Source: Macrostomum lignano (taxonomy: Eukaryota). From it: a stretch of DNA of 64,000 bases. Numbering within the stretch: the stretch's first letter is position 1; every line of letters begins with the position of its first letter. The DNA lies in contig NIVC01000001.1 in the NCBI GenBank assembly GCA_002269645.1, positions 620,001 to 684,000 on the forward strand. Direction: 5' to 3'. The position numbers were made by a program, and so were the translations under genes. The notes under the pieces were generated by a model, which was not told the DNA's origin, did not search any database, and worked only from the letters and a program-made list of their open reading frames with translations. Shown here piece after piece: positions 36,526 to 50,790 of this stretch.

Positions 36526-37194
36526 AACTCTATAGTGCAAATGTATGCAAATCTAGATACTGCAATCAGACACTAGAACTAAGAACCGACTAAAAAGAGT
36601 ATAAATAAGTAAAACAAAATAGTGTTAAATATTTCATAAAAAGGATAAAATTTCTTTCACCGAGAGCGATTGTGCAGACATGAACAGTACATAATGTACT
36701 TCTTTGTTTGAAAATAGCTAACTAATTAAATCAAGCGACTAAAATTAAAAGCCAAAATTAGGTTGACAAATTCTATTGAATAATTGGGCAAGCGCTTTAA
36801 TAATATTTGACAGGCCATGAAGCTACTTGAACAATTATTTGATACTTGCTTAAAATTATGAATATATGAGCGTAAAATCACAGTGGCTGAAACTACTTTC
36901 AATTTGGAATAAAATATGTTAAGAATAGTTGCAAAAAATCTTTCCAATGACAAAATATCGAAGAAGAAACTAATTTGCTATTGTCAATGGTCGCCCTTCA
37001 AATGGTTTCAAAGCTAAATAAAAACTGCAGTACTTTAAAAAAACCAGGAATGAAAACACATCAGCATAAGTTGTAAGTTATTATTAAAGTAAATTGCACG
37101 CACTAACCTAATCAAGAAAGCCGAATAGTCGATATTTCATCAGACACAAAACACAAGATAGGGTAAGACGCGACAGGCGAAGGTTTGGGCGGGA

Positions 37195-39060
37195 GCGAGA
37201 GTACACTGGGGATAGAGTGAAGTGAAATTGAGGGGTTGGAGCGAGTGTACACTGGGGATAGAGTGGGGTGAAATTGAGGGGTGGGAGCGAGTGTACACTG
37301 GGGATAGAGTGGGGTGAAATTGAGGGGTTGGAGCGAGTGTACACTGGGGATAGAGTGGGGTGAAATTGAGGGGTTGGAGCGACTGTACGCTGGGGATAGA
37401 GTCAGATGAAATTGGGGTGAAATTGAGGGGTTGGAGCGAGTGTACACTGGGGATAGAGTGGGGTGAAATTGAGGGGTGGGAGCGAGTGTACACTGAATAT
37501 AGAGTGGAGTGAAATTGAGGGGTTGGAGCGACTGTACGCTGGGGATAGAGTCGGATGAAATTGAGGGGTGGGAGCGAGTGTACACTGAATATAGAGTGGA
37601 GTGAAATTGAGGGGTGGGAGCGAGTGTACACTGGGGATAGAGTGGGGTGAAATTAAGGGGTTGGAGCGAGTGTACACTGGGGATAGAGTGAGGTGAAATT
37701 GAGGGTTGGGAGCGAGTGTACACTGGGGATAGAGTGGATTGAAATTAAGGGGTTGGAGCGAGTGTACGCTGGGGATAGAGTGGGGTGAAATTGAGGGGTT
37801 GGAGCGAGTGTACACTGGGGATAGAGTGGAGTGAAATTGAGGGGTGGGAGCGAGTGTACACTGGGGATAGAGTGGGGTGAAATTGATAGGTTGGAGGGAC
37901 TGTACGCTGGGGATAGAGTCGGATGAAATTGAGGGGTTGGAGCGAGTGTACACTGGGGATAGAGTGGGGTGAAATTGAGGGGTTGGAGCGAGTGTACACT
38001 AGGGAATAGAGTGGAGTGAAATTGAGGGGTTGGAGCGACTGTACGCTGTGGATAGAGTCGGATGAAATTGAAGGGTTGGAGCGAGTGTACACTGGGGATA
38101 GAGTGGAGTGAAATTGAGGGGTGGGATCGAGTGTACACTGGGGATAGAGTGGGTGAAATTGAGGGGCTGGAGCGACTGTACGCTGGGGATAGAGTCGGGT
38201 GAAATTGAGGGGTTGGAGCGACTGTACGCTGGGGATAGAGTGGGGTGAAATTGAGGGGTTGGAGCGACTGTACGCTGGGGATAGAGTGGGGTGAAATTGA
38301 GGGGTTGGAGCGAGTGTACGCTGTGGATAGAGTCGGATGAAATTGAAGGGTTGGAGCGAGTGTACACTGGGGATAGAGTGGAGTGAAATTGAGGGGTTGG
38401 AGCGACTGTACGCTGGGGATAGAGTCAGATGAAATCGAGGGGTTGGAGCGAGTGTACGCTGGGGATAGAGTGGGGTGAAATTGAGGGGTTGGAGCGAGTG
38501 TACACTGGGGATAGAGTGGAGTGAAATTGAGCGGTGGGAGCAAGTGTACACTGGATATAGAGTGGGGTGAAATTGAGGGGTTGGAGGGACTGTACGCTGG
38601 GGATAGAGTCGGATGAAATTGAGGGGTTGGAGCGAGTGTACACTGGGGATAGAGTGGGGTGAAATTGAGGGGTTGGAGCGAGTGTACACTAGGGAATAGA
38701 GTGGAGTGAAATTGAGGGGTTGGAGCGACTGTACGCTGTGGATAGAGTCGGATGAAATTGAAGGGTTGGAGCGAGTGTACACTGGGGATAGAGTGGAGTG
38801 AAATTGAGGGGTGGGATCGAGTGTACACTGGGGATAGAGTGAAGTGAAATTGAGGGGCTGGAGCGACTGTACGCTGGTGATAGAGTGGGTGAAATTGAGG
38901 GGCTGGAGCGACTGTACGCTGGGGATAGAGTCGGGTGAAATTGAGGGGTTGGAGCGACTGTACGCTGGGGATAGAGTCGGTGAAATTGAGGGGTTGGAGC
39001 GACTGTACGCTGGGGATAGAGTGGGTGAAATTGAGGGGCTGGAGCGAGTGTACGCTGAAA
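37195..39060. repeat. 46-bp G-rich minisatellite (ggggatagagtggggtgaaattgaggggttggagcgagtgtacact)
   Basis: About 40 units. Confidence 0.96.
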
Positions 39061-39613
39061 GAACGAAGAAAAATTGAGGGGTACACTGCGAAAGGGTACA
39101 CAAACAATACACTGTGAAGAAAATGAAAACTAGATTCTTGCAGAGGCCTTAGACTTCAGTTAGGATTTCATGACAATTATTAATTAGCAAGTGCAACAAA
39201 ACGGTTAAATGAGTTGTTGAATGGTTCGAAACAATTTTAAAAGTAAAATTTGACTATGCTATTTATTCATAATCGAACATAGCCGAACAAAAAGCATAAT
39301 AAATGTTTATCAAATTTGCGGAAAAAACAAAACTAATTATCAATAAATTTTGGCAGAAAAATTGGGTTTAGTGAAACACGTGTCATCTTTTCATTTTTTC
39401 GAATTCTGCGCAACAAAAAATCATAACTAAGTAGCGAATTAAATAGCTACACGTCGCAATTACAAGTATAAAGCGAGGAGAACAAACAGGCATTACAATT
39501 AGATGCAGAGCGAACCAGTTGAAAGTCCCATCTTTGGACAGGTAAAAAAACGACAGTTTAAAAATCCTCATTGAAAGAAAAGCACAGCAGACTAAGGCCC
39601 AGCCGCCGCCAGT

Positions 39614-42600
39614 TCACAGCGATCCCCGAATCAGGTTGCCATCATCGAAGCTGAACTGCACCGCCTTCTTGCCGCCTTCAGCCACGGCAGCGACAGCCGC
39701 CGACGTGGCCGCGGTGGCCAGACGAACGCCGCCGACTCGGCGACGCCGCCTAACCGAGGAACCGGCACGGCGGGGCACGTCGACGCCCAACTGATCGTCG
39801 CCCGATTCGTCATCGGCGGCGCCGGCGTCCATGTCGTCGTCAACGCCGCCGAATAGCTCGGGATCGCTGAAGTGCTGCGGCTCATCCTGCAACGCACCGT
39901 CGCCACCGACACCGCTGCCGATGATGCCGCCGTCGACAGCGTCGTTCTGCTGGCTGCCGGCCGGTATTTTATCGCCATTTTTACCGACATTATCGTCGTA
40001 ATCTTCGTCGGAGTTGCTCGTCGAACTGCTGGAATCGTCATCAAGGCAACCGTCCGACCACACTACCGGGGCTTCTCCGTCCGAGTCGTTTAGCGCCAGC
40101 CGGGCACCTCGGCCGCCACTGCCGCCTCCGCCACCCCCAGCGGGGTTGTCAATGCGGCAGAGCATCTCGGCCAGGTCGGTGAAGCGCAGAGAAGGCGGCG
40201 CCTGCTCCTCCGGCGCGGTGGCGGCCACGGCTGCGGCGGCGGCCGCTGCGGCGGTGGCAGCAGCATTGGGATTGGTTGAGGATGCCAGGGGATCGGACTG
40301 TTGGCGGCTGATCTGCAATGGCCGAAGTCGGGATGTACGGTAATTAGGCTAAGAAGCGTCCCAGAGTCACTTGAGTCGTCCCAGAGAGGTTGCAGGTAAC
40401 ACAGGTAAAATAGGAAAGAATTGACTCGCCAAAAAGTCTTCAAAGAGTGGCCTAAGATTAAATTTCAAGGGTTTTATTGTGTGCGACTCTGAAACCACTC
40501 TGGGGACCGTAGACTCGTGTCTGGAGTCGCTGTAGAATCGCTGAGTTGCGTCACAAGCGCATCTGCGTCACTAAGAATCGTATTTTGCATTTTTAACAAC
40601 TCCATTGAGTCTACTTGAGTTAGTAGAAAGTAGAGCGCTAATGCAACGTATCTTGGACGACTTTTTAGCCACTCTTACGATTCTGCAGCTCACACGATGC
40701 CCTCGTGACTCAACAGTGGCCTCTCAGTTGCATTACAGTCGCCCATCCTCGAATATATTTGTTGACACCAATCATTAGCAATTTAAAGCTATCAACAAGC
40801 CTCACAAAAGGTTGAAAAGAACACATTACCAGTCAGAATCTCAAATGACTTTGAGCCTCGCGTCAAATTAGCCACAAACTTGGGGCCTGTTGCAATGTTT
40901 GCTCCCAAGGTACAGCTTGTGTTAAGCACAATATCATGAAAATTCACCTGTCGTTTAAACACCGGCAGCTTTTTAGATCGGCTCCACTTGCTAATGGCGT
41001 CCAATGCGTAGCGATAGCCGACCTGGTAGATTTCTTCAAACGAGCCGAATTGCAGAGTGGCGTATCGTTCAATTGGCGGCCGCAGGTATTCGCACAGGCC
41101 GTCAGATTTCACGCGCTCCAATTGGCGAACGCAGGACACGTACGCCAGACGGGACTGGATCTCGGTCAGGTTCGGCACGTTCACCTGATTGGGCGAAGTG
41201 ATGCATTACACAACCTGATTGCGAAACTTAGCTAAGACAATGGAACAACTGCTGTCCTAAATAAGCTCCAGTGTAACACAGGCAAGCTAACTGAGCTCCA
41301 GTGTGACATAGATAAGCTAATTGAGCTCCAGTGTGACATAAATAAGCTAATTGAGCTCCAGTGTGACATAGGTAAGCTAATTGAGCTCCAGTGTAACACA
41401 GGCAAGCTAACTGAGCTCCAGTGTCACATAGGTAAGCTAATTGAGCTCCAGAGTGACATAGATAAGCTAATTGAGCTCCAGTGTGACATAGATAAGCTAA
41501 TTGAGCTCCAGTGTGACATAAATAAGCTAAGTGAGCTCCAGTATGACATAGATAAGCTAATTGAGCTCCAGTGTGACACAGATAAGCTAATTGAGCTCCA
41601 GTGTGACATAGGTAAGCTAATTGAGCTCCAGTGTGACATAAATAAGCTAAGTGAGCTCCAGTATGACATAGATAAGCTAATTGAGCTCCAGTGTGACATA
41701 TGCTAATTGAGCTCCAGTGTGACATAGATAAGCTAATTGAGCTCCAGTGTGACATAGATAAGCTAATTGAGCTCCAGTGTGACATAGATAAGCTAATTGA
41801 GCTCCAGTGTGACATAAGCTAATTGAGCTCCAGTGTGACAGATAAGCTAATTGAGCTCCAGTGTGACATAAGCTAATTGAGCTCCAGTGTGACAGATAAG
41901 CTAATTGAGCTCCAGTGTCACACAGGTAAGCTGATTGAGCTCCAGTGTGACAGATAAGCTAATTGAGCTCCAGTGTCACACAGGTAAGCTGATTGAGCTC
42001 CAGTGTCATATAGATAAGCTAATTAAGCTCCAGTGTCCTATAGATAAGCTAATTGAGCTCCAGTGTCATATAGGTAAGCTAATTGAGCTCCAGTGTCATA
42101 TAGATAAGCTAATTGAGCTCCAGTGTCACACAGGTAAGCTAATTGAGCTGCAATGTCACACAGATAAGCCAATCAAGCGGGTGTCACGGGTGAGCTAATT
42201 AAACAACAGTCGCATATAGCCATGCATCAAACTAAATAGACGGAGAAGGTCGCACCTTGGCGGCAAACGGATTAATCCGTTTGTACAGCAGCCACCAGCC
42301 GGACAGCTCGTCTCCATAATTAGTCAAATTAGTCTCATCCTGCGACCCGACATCCACAGCGAAGATAGTAGACGGGGCAAACTTAGTTTTCATCACATCG
42401 GCCGGCAGGTTGTTGACGTAGCCGCCGTCTAGGAGCAAGTTCCCGCTGGCCGGGTCGCACAGGGGCGGCAGGTAGCCGCTCAGAGACATGCTGGCTCGAA
42501 CGTAGCGCCACAACGAGCCGCTGGTGTGAACTCGCATCTGCGATTTAGTAATATCAGTAGTGATGCAGAAATATGGCAGCCACAGGTCCTCGATGCAACG

Positions 42601-44158
42601 ATCGCCAAACACAGATTCGATGCCGCGGTTGAATGCCCGGCCAGTGAACATTGCAGTCTGAGGATAGGTGAGATCTACCAGCTTGTTCCACAGCGAGCTC
42701 ATCTCTTTAGAGAACTGCCGAGCCCTGGCTTCGAAGCCTTCTAGACGGGTCTCCTCAGCCCACAGGGCGCCCATGAACGAGCCGATGCTGGTGCCGCCAA
42801 CCATGTCGATGGGGATGCCGTGCTCAGTGAGTGCGCGCACAATGCCAACGTGAGCGATGCCTCTGGCGCCGCCGCCGCCCAGTACCAGGCCTACCGCTGT
42901 GTTGGTGACCACTCGGGCCAGACGGGAAATGTCCGACATCGGATCTGGCGGCTCGGCGAATACGCGTCTGCAGAGGCGAGATTGCTGCTCATTGTTGGGG
43001 CTGATCAGAATGAGCAAATGGCATTTTGGGGGCAGAGGCTGGGGTAGTTGATGTACATTTGGGGGCAGAGGCTGGGGTAGGGGTTAATGTACATTTGGGG
43101 CAGAGGCTGGGGTAGGGGTTAATGTACATTTGGGACAGAAGCTGGGGTAGGAGCTAATGTACATTTGGGACAGAGGCTGGGGTGGGGGTTAATGTACATT
43201 TGGGGCAGAGGCTGGGGTAGGGGTTAATTTACATTTGGGGGCAGAGGCTGGGGTGGGGGTAAATGTACATTTGGGGCAGAGGCTGGGGTAGGGGTTAATG
43301 TACATTTGGGGGCAGAGGCTGGGGTGGGGGTTAATGTACATTTGGGGCAGAGGCTAGGGTGGGGGTTAATGTACATTTGGGGCAGAGGCTGGGGTAGGGG
43401 TTAATGTACATTTGGGGCAGAGGCTGGGGTGGGGGTTAATGTACATTTGGGGGCAAAGGCTGGGAGTAGGGGTTAATGTACATTTGGGGGCAGAGGCTGG
43501 GGTAGGGGTTAATATACATTTGGGGGCAGAGGCTGGGGTAGTTAATGTACATTTGGGGCAGAGGCTAGGTAGGAGTAAGTGTACACGCGGAGTAGGAGTT
43601 CAAGCAAAGGAAAGGCGGTAGAGTCGCATCTTAGTCGCCCCCCCCCAGAAGGCAAACTCAGAGTAAACCGAGAACAGCAATGTAGACAAGGCGATCACCT
43701 GTAAACCTCGAGCAGCCGGCTGGAGCTGGCACCGGCTCCGGCGCCGCGCCTACGGCTAAACATTCGACGCGGGGCGCGCACATGCAGGTGTTGTTGAATC
43801 ACGAGACGATTGTCACCGAGGGGCTCGGAGGCGCGACTTAAAAACTCGCCAGTTTTTCCTGCAGTGGGCGCGTCTTTACGTCAATGTCTCAATAATCCGT
43901 TCATTAAAATGCACTACTGCCCGTCCCGTCTGTCTGTCTGTCTATCTATTTAGGTCAAAAAGTCCGCTGTGACTCCAGGAATGTGGTGTATGCCATTCTG
44001 TGCAAGACTTGCAATGACCGTTGTATCTACGCAGGTGAGACTTAATATAATTTAATTTAATTTAGTTTAATTTACCCACTTTCACAAAAATTTTTTCTTA
44101 GAATTTAATTGGAGAAATTGTGACTTTGTTTCAACTGTGTGCGTGGTTTCCTTTCGCC

Positions 44159-44253
<95 letters not shown>

Positions 44254-47200
44254 CAGTGTATCTATCCATCTGTCTATCTGTCTGTATGTCTGTCTATCTG
44301 TCTGCCCGCCAGTCTCACCAGGCGTGGGATAGAGCGTGCTCTCCTTATGCAGCAGAATGAGCATGTTGAGCACTCGGCAAGAATCGGGCAGCACTACCTG
44401 CCGCACGTGATCCATAGTTTCAACTCTATCGCTGGCCAGGGCCACAATCAGCACACAATCGGCCTGCCGAATGCACCGCTTAGTCCAGGCGGTCTTGTCC
44501 AGGTCGCACAGATACAGCAGCAACCGGTGGTCGTCCTCTTGCTGAGCCAGCCAGCTGGTGACCCGGTACTCCTGGTCGCGATCGAATGCTCTGCGACCGA
44601 ATCGTTTGAGCATGATGCGGGAGTTGAGGCGCAGACTGGCCCCGATGGTTGACATGGCGTGCTGCAGCTCCAGGGAGAATGCTTCTAGGGGCACCTGGGG
44701 AGAGTTTTGAATGATTGAATCAGTATCGAAATAACCTCACTCATTCAGCAGCCTCTCAACCAGCTTGGATTCCATAGCTACCTCACTCAATCAGCAGCCT
44801 CTCAACCAGCTTGGATTCCATAGCTGCCTCCCTCATTCAGCAGCCTCTCAACCAGCTTGGATTCCATAGCTACCTCACTCACTCAGCAGCCTCTCAAATA
44901 GCTTGGATTCCATAGCTACCTCACTCATTCAGCAGCCTCTCAACCAGCTTGGATTCCATAGCTACCTCACTCATTCAGCAGCCTCTCAACCAGCTTGGAT
45001 TCCATAGCTACCTCACTCATTCAGCAGCCTCTCAACCAGCTTGGATTCCATAGCTACCTCCCTCACTCAGCAGCCTCTCAAATAGCTTGGATTCCATAGC
45101 TACCTCACTCACTCAGCAGCCTCTCAAATAGCTTGAGTTATTTACCTTAGCGCTAGCTGGGAACAGGGCCACAGAACGCAGGTTGGACATTGGCAGACGG
45201 TACAGCTCGAACTCTCGCCCAGTCCTAGACTCGGGATTGTCAACAATATTGCCAAGAAGCCACTGCGACACCAGAGTGGTGAGTCGGGTCACTATATACG
45301 GATGACGCCGCTTGATGTTGTCCAGCAGGTCAACTGGGATGGCGGCCAGCTCGCTGTCGCGCACCGCCAGCACGGTGGTGGCTCTGGGCCTGGCGGTGAA
45401 CACTTCTAAGAAACCAACCAGATCGCCCCTGCCCAGCTCGGCTGTGAGCTCCTTGTGACCCTGGGGAGTTGTGTGTGCCTGGCGAAGGCGGCCGTGCAAC
45501 AGCAAGTAGACAGCGTTGGCGATGTCGCCCTGCAAGGCGGAGAATAGCCAGATAGCAGTTGTGTACTTTTAAATCGACTGGAGTTCAGCTTAGTGAATAC
45601 TATATTAGCTGAATACTAACCGCAACCAATTCTGCTTAACTTGGAAGTGCTAACCATAGTTACTCGTGTCTAGAGTCGCTGTAGAATCACTGAGTTGCGT
45701 CAAACTAAAGCACATCTGCTTCGCTTAATGAATAAGAATCGCATTTCACATTTATAGCAACTCTGTTTAGTCTACTTGAGTTAGTGGAAAGTTAAGCGCT
45801 AACACAATGACTCTTAAACGACTTTTTTTACGGTCCTAAAGCTCACGTGATGCCCTCGTGACTCAACAGTCGCCTCTCAGTCGCATTGCAGTCGTTTGAG
45901 TCAGTTAAAAAGTTACAAGAGTCGGCCCAGAGTTGCCTGAGTCACTAATGAGCTGTTTTCAACGGGATAATGCTACACTACTGTCAGTAGTTTTAGCCAG
46001 GGAAAATATTTCTGGTGGGGCTAGATCGCATATTTTGGGCTTCCTTATAATTATCGAGCAGTTGAAGCTCTGGATAAAGAAAAGTTGCCCGTCTTCGGAC
46101 TTTGTAAGCCGAACTAAGCCAGTTAGAAGAAGTAAGGTAAGACTGGTGATATTTTCTGTTTTACATCTTTCGAGTAAATATAAAATCTTTGGGTGTCCTG
46201 ACTCAATTCTTTGATCTCTAAGTACTAGGATTAGAGAAATCACGAGCCTGGTAGAAGCAATCTACCAAAACTCAAACCAGTTATAATCCATCAAGCATAA
46301 CAATAACAAGCAGTAGCCTAAGCCGCAAAGCAAACTTTTCCATAAATAATTCCAAGAGCCGAACCTGCTTATAGAGCGGCTTGCCAGACTCCAGACAGAG
46401 CCAGTCCAGCACAAAGTCCACCTGTCTGAGAAACGGCGACAGTCGTCTAACAATTAAACTGGCCAGCGGCAGCACCAGACTGGGCTGGGCCCGCATCAGG
46501 GCGTAGAAATCCCGGCTGCTGATGGCGGCCACGCAGGCGTCGGCTTCGCAGCGGACGGTGAAGAGCGACGCCTCGCCAGTGAGAATGGCGATCATGCCAC
46601 AGAGCTCGCCAGGGCCGGCCGAGTAGAGCAGACTGGAGCCCTGGTAGCCCTGGAGTGCGGGATGAGAAATCATATGGAAGGCTAGCAGGGGTCAGTGGCA
46701 ACGTGATCCAAGGGGTCAACAGGGTTCAATGATAGATGGAGTAACGGAATTCAATGGGAAACTCTGAGCAATTGGTTATGGGTAATGGTAATGGACTCAA
46801 CGGAACAAAAGGAGCTAAGGGGTTAACGGGGGTCGAAGACAAAAAAGGTCAAAGGGATAACGGGGGTTAAAGGGACAAAGGAGCTAAGGATTTAACGGGG
46901 GTCGAAGCCAAAAAAGGTCAAAGGGGTGACGGGGGTCAAAGGGACAAAAGGAGCCGAGGGGTTAACTGGGGTCAAAGACAAAGAAGGTCAAATGGGTAAC
47001 GGCCAACGGGGGTCAAGGGGAAAAAGGGTCAAAGGGGTAAGAGGTCAAGAGGACAAGAGGTCAAGGGGGTAGGGGTCAAAGACGTCCCGTTCATGGGCTC
47101 ATGGGTAACGTCAGTCAAGCGATGCTCAAGAAAGGATGACTCTCATAGGGAGAGCGAATGCTGAGGTCACTCATAATCACAAATGTAATTGAGACCCGTG

Positions 47201-49053
47201 TGCAGACAGTTCGCAGAGGAACAGCCCACCTGCTGCGTCACAGCCAGCTTGCCAGTGACAACATAGAACAGCGTAGGCAAATGCTCGCCCTGCTTGGCCA
47301 GCTTGGCGCCGGCGTGCACATTCGCCAGGCTGACCCGACCGTCCAGCAGGCTGGCATCGGACAGGCCAAACAGCTCGGCCAGGTCTGCCTGAGCAGCGGA
47401 CAGCAGCTGCTCCTGACGGGCCGCCTCCGAGTCTTCTGGGCCTGCGAAAATAAAAAAACAGTAGGGTAATTGACTGTCCATGGACACACCCGGTTCCGGC
47501 ACGGTCAATGAAAAGTCTCCAACATTCCAACAGCCCATCGACACGCTTTAAATTCCGACAGAGCGTCACCATACCCAGTTCCGACACTATCCACAAACTC
47601 GACATTCCAAAACTAGCTTTCGACAAACGACACTCTGACATTATCCGACACACTCAACATTTCGAAATTCCGACAAAATCTATCGACACATTCGACATTT
47701 TGACATGATCAATCGACACACAAAACAATCCGACACTCGACATTCCGAAACTATTCATCGACATACTCAAAATTTCGACATTTTAACATTATTGATCGAC
47801 AAACTTGACAGCGGCATTCCGACACTATCCATCGACACTCGACAATTCCGACATTATCCATCGACACTCGAAATTCCGATACTATTCATCGACACTCGAC
47901 ATTCCGACACTATCCATCGACACTCGACATTCCGACATTATCCATCGACACTCGACAATTACGACATTATCCATCAACACTCGACATTCCGACACTATCC
48001 ATCGACATTCGACATTCCGACACTATCCATCGACACTCGACATTCCGACACTATCCATCGACACTCGACATTCCGACATTATCCATCGACACTCGACATT
48101 CCGACATTATCCATCGACACTCGACACTCCGACACTATCCATCGACACTCAACATTCCGACTCTATCCATCGACACTCGACATTCCGACACTATATATGG
48201 ACACACTCGACATTCCTACACTATCCATCGACACACTGATTCTGATTCCCGCGCAACAAAAGTAGATGAGAGAAATCCTTACCATCCTGATCCTGTCGCG
48301 GTCTACGCTGCTTCCGAAGTCGTTGAAAAGTGACAGGCGTGCCATCACGTCCGGCTCGCTGCTGCTGCTGCTGCTGATGCCGCAGGCGGTGCTGGTGATG
48401 CCCGACTCCGCCGCCACCGCTGCCAACAATGCGCGGCACCTCGCCCATAGCCAGCAGTGACCGGTCGCCCGAGCTAGCTCCGGCGCCGCCCTTTCCGTTG
48501 CCGTCCAATTCGCTGTCGGAGTCCTCGCTATCCTCGCCAGTGAAGATGACACCCGGTCGGCCTTCGTTTCTATCCAAGTTTGTCGACGAAGCGCTGGCGG
48601 TCCGTCGGTGATGCTTCGACGTCCGGCGTCGGTCGTTGCGCCGCCTCCGCATGGCGGTCTCCTCGGCGGCGTCGAAGTCGGTGGGATCGCCTCGATCTGC
48701 CAGGCCCGAGTCGGAGCCGGCGGAATCCGCTGAGGCGGCGGTGGCGGCGGCAGACGGCGACTTCGACCGGGAGCGGCGGAACACCCGGATAGGAATGGCT
48801 GCCGACGGTGTGGGCGTCAGGACCGGCGGCGGCTTTGATGCCATCGGCACCGGCTGGGGCGCTGGAGTGCTGGAGCCGGGGGGGACGCCGGTTGCCGCTG
48901 CAGCCGAGGAGGCCAGGCTCAGCACCCGACAGCCGGATGGCGCTTGGGAGTCTGAGCTGACCAGCTCGCTAGTGAGTCCCAGGTAGCTGTTAAGCGCCTG
49001 TTTTGTGCAAGTTATACAGGTTGTAATAAATACGGATGGACGACAGACAGACC

Positions 49054-49089
<36 letters not shown>

Positions 49090-49100
49090 GGCAGACAGGC

Positions 49101-49133
<33 letters not shown>

Positions 49134-50066
49134 GGCAGACAGACAGGCAGACAGACAGACAGACAGGCAGACAGACAGACAAACGCAGGGCAAACTCACC
49201 TGATAGGTGACCCGCTGCAGCCGGATGACAATAAGCTGCACCAGCCGTACCATGGTGAGCCGGTGCTGCGGCTTGGCCAGCAACTCGGCCAGTCGGCCGG
49301 CGGGAATTCGCAGCACGCGGCACTCGGACGAAGCCACAACGGCGCGCAAAGATTTGAGCTTAGGCGAAGAACCAGTGAGAACTTCTAAGAAGCTGAGCAG
49401 AGAACAGATTGAGTGATGCTCGCCGAACTCGTGAAACTGCTGCTGCTGCTGCTGCTCCAGCAGGAGGAGTCGAACCCGGCCCCGCTGCACAATGTACAGA
49501 TCCCCGTCGGCGTCGCCCAGATCAAAGAGCGTCTCGCCGTGGCGCAGCTGCACAATCTCCAGGCATTTGCACATCTCCAATAGAAACGATTTCTCCAACC
49601 CGTCGAATATCCTGAGCGACCGCACGGCCAGGTAAAACTCGTTCAGCATGGGCGGCGGCCAGGCGAAGTCGTCGTCGGCATCCGTTGGCTCCAGGAAATA
49701 GTCCGGTATGCCGTCCATCAGCGGTTGCCGCTGCCTCAGCTGCTGCTGCTGGTACCGCTGGCCGGGCCTGAGCAGCTGCATCAGCTCGGCGCCCTGCGGC
49801 AGGCGCGGCATTTTGGGCAAATTCGGCGCCGCCTGCCGCATCATGCGGCGCAGCCAGTAGCTCAGACGGTCGCGCTTGCGAAACGCCGACCTGGACGGCT
49901 GCTGCGTCAGCGACGGATTGCGAAGCCTCGACCGGCCAGCCAGCTGCGGCCGGCCAGAAGCCGGTGCCCCCTGCTGCGCCAGCGGCCGACCGGTCGACGA
50001 GTAGCGCCGATAAAAGTACAGCAGCAGCAGGGCGCCGGACAGGGTCAGCAAAGCGGTGAGCACCAT
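39614..50066 (-). CDS. sws: Neuropathy target esterase / swiss cheese (PNPLA6/7-like patatin phospholipase with cNMP-binding domains); 10 exons, ~1548 aa
   Basis: Exons 50066-49200, 48997-48283, 47441-47230, 46649-46365, 45529-45146, 44694-44319, 43858-43699, 42967-42256, 41184-40948, 40312-39614; all phases consistent. N-terminal TM segment, three cNMP-like domains, [16 protein letters not shown] (catalytic Ser), [14 protein letters not shown] (catalytic Asp). Confidence 0.95.
40360..40745 (+). mobile_element. Dispersed ~400-bp non-coding repeat, copy 2
   Basis: Aligns to 45655-45957 and to the reverse complement of 10840-11215. Confidence 0.7.
41235..42165. repeat. 30-bp intronic minisatellite (agctaattgagctccagtgtgacatagata)
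   Basis: About 30 units. Confidence 0.95.
43020..43575. repeat. ~36-bp G-rich intronic minisatellite (aatgtacatttggggcagaggctggggtaggggtt)
   Basis: About 15 units. Confidence 0.93.
44160..44300. repeat. (CTAT)n grading into (CTGT)n
   Basis: Direct reading. Confidence 0.93.
44735..45135. repeat. 46-bp intronic minisatellite (cctcactcattcagcagcctctcaaccagcttggattccatagcta)
   Basis: About 9 units filling the intron. Confidence 0.94.
45655..45957 (+). mobile_element. Dispersed non-coding repeat, copy 3 (truncated at one end)
   Basis: actcgtgtctagagtcgctgtagaatc..ctacttgagttagt..gccctcgtgactcaacagt is shared with 40510-40740. Confidence 0.7.
47550..48235. repeat. 28-bp intronic minisatellite (cgacactcgacattccgacactatccat)
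   Basis: Degenerate at the left end, homogeneous at the right. Confidence 0.92.
49040..49182. repeat. (CAGA)n microsatellite
   Basis: Direct reading. Confidence 0.95.
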
Positions 50067-50196
50067 AGCATCCTGGCCCTGCCCCAGCTGGGGAATCAGC
50101 CGGATTGGGAACGGCTGCAGTTGTTGGGGCGGGGCTGCGGTATCTGTGTGGATTCAGTTTGCCTAGCAACTAAATCTAAACTTAATTAGACAACCT

Positions 50197-50525
50197 TATC
50201 TCAACCCGATAGAGTAAGCGGAACTGAAATCTCAACCCGATAGAGTAAGCGGAACTGAAATCTCAACCCGATAGAGTAAGCGGAACTTAAATCTCAACCC
50301 GATAGAACAGAATGGGATCTGTGAAATCTCAACCCGATAGAGTAAGCGGAACTGAAATCTCAACCCGATAGAGTAAGCGAAACTGAAATCTCTACCCGAT
50401 AGAGTAAGCGGAACTGAAATCTCAACCCGATAGAGTAAGCGAAACTGAAATCTCTACCCGATAGAGTAAGCGGAACTGAAATCTCAACCCGATAGAGTAA
50501 GCGGAACTGAAATCTCAACCCGATC
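50197..50525. repeat. 31-bp minisatellite (aatctcaacccgatagagtaagcggaactga)
   Basis: About 10 units, one of them chimeric. Confidence 0.93.
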
Positions 50526-50790
50526 TCAACACAGGTAATAAATAGCGTACAGCAGCTAATAAATATTTATTTAAAAGAATACAAACAGCCAATTTCAATA
50601 AGCAGTGACTTTTTAAAGCTTTAAAAAATTTTTAAAGTCAAATAATATACGAAGTTAAATGAACCACACATTATGGAATGTATAAGACACACACACACAA
50701 TATTACAATAGGAAGCACATATACGCGATATAAGAATTCGGTTAGTTGATTAACAAAACACATTGCGAACTACACAAATGATTGAGATTA

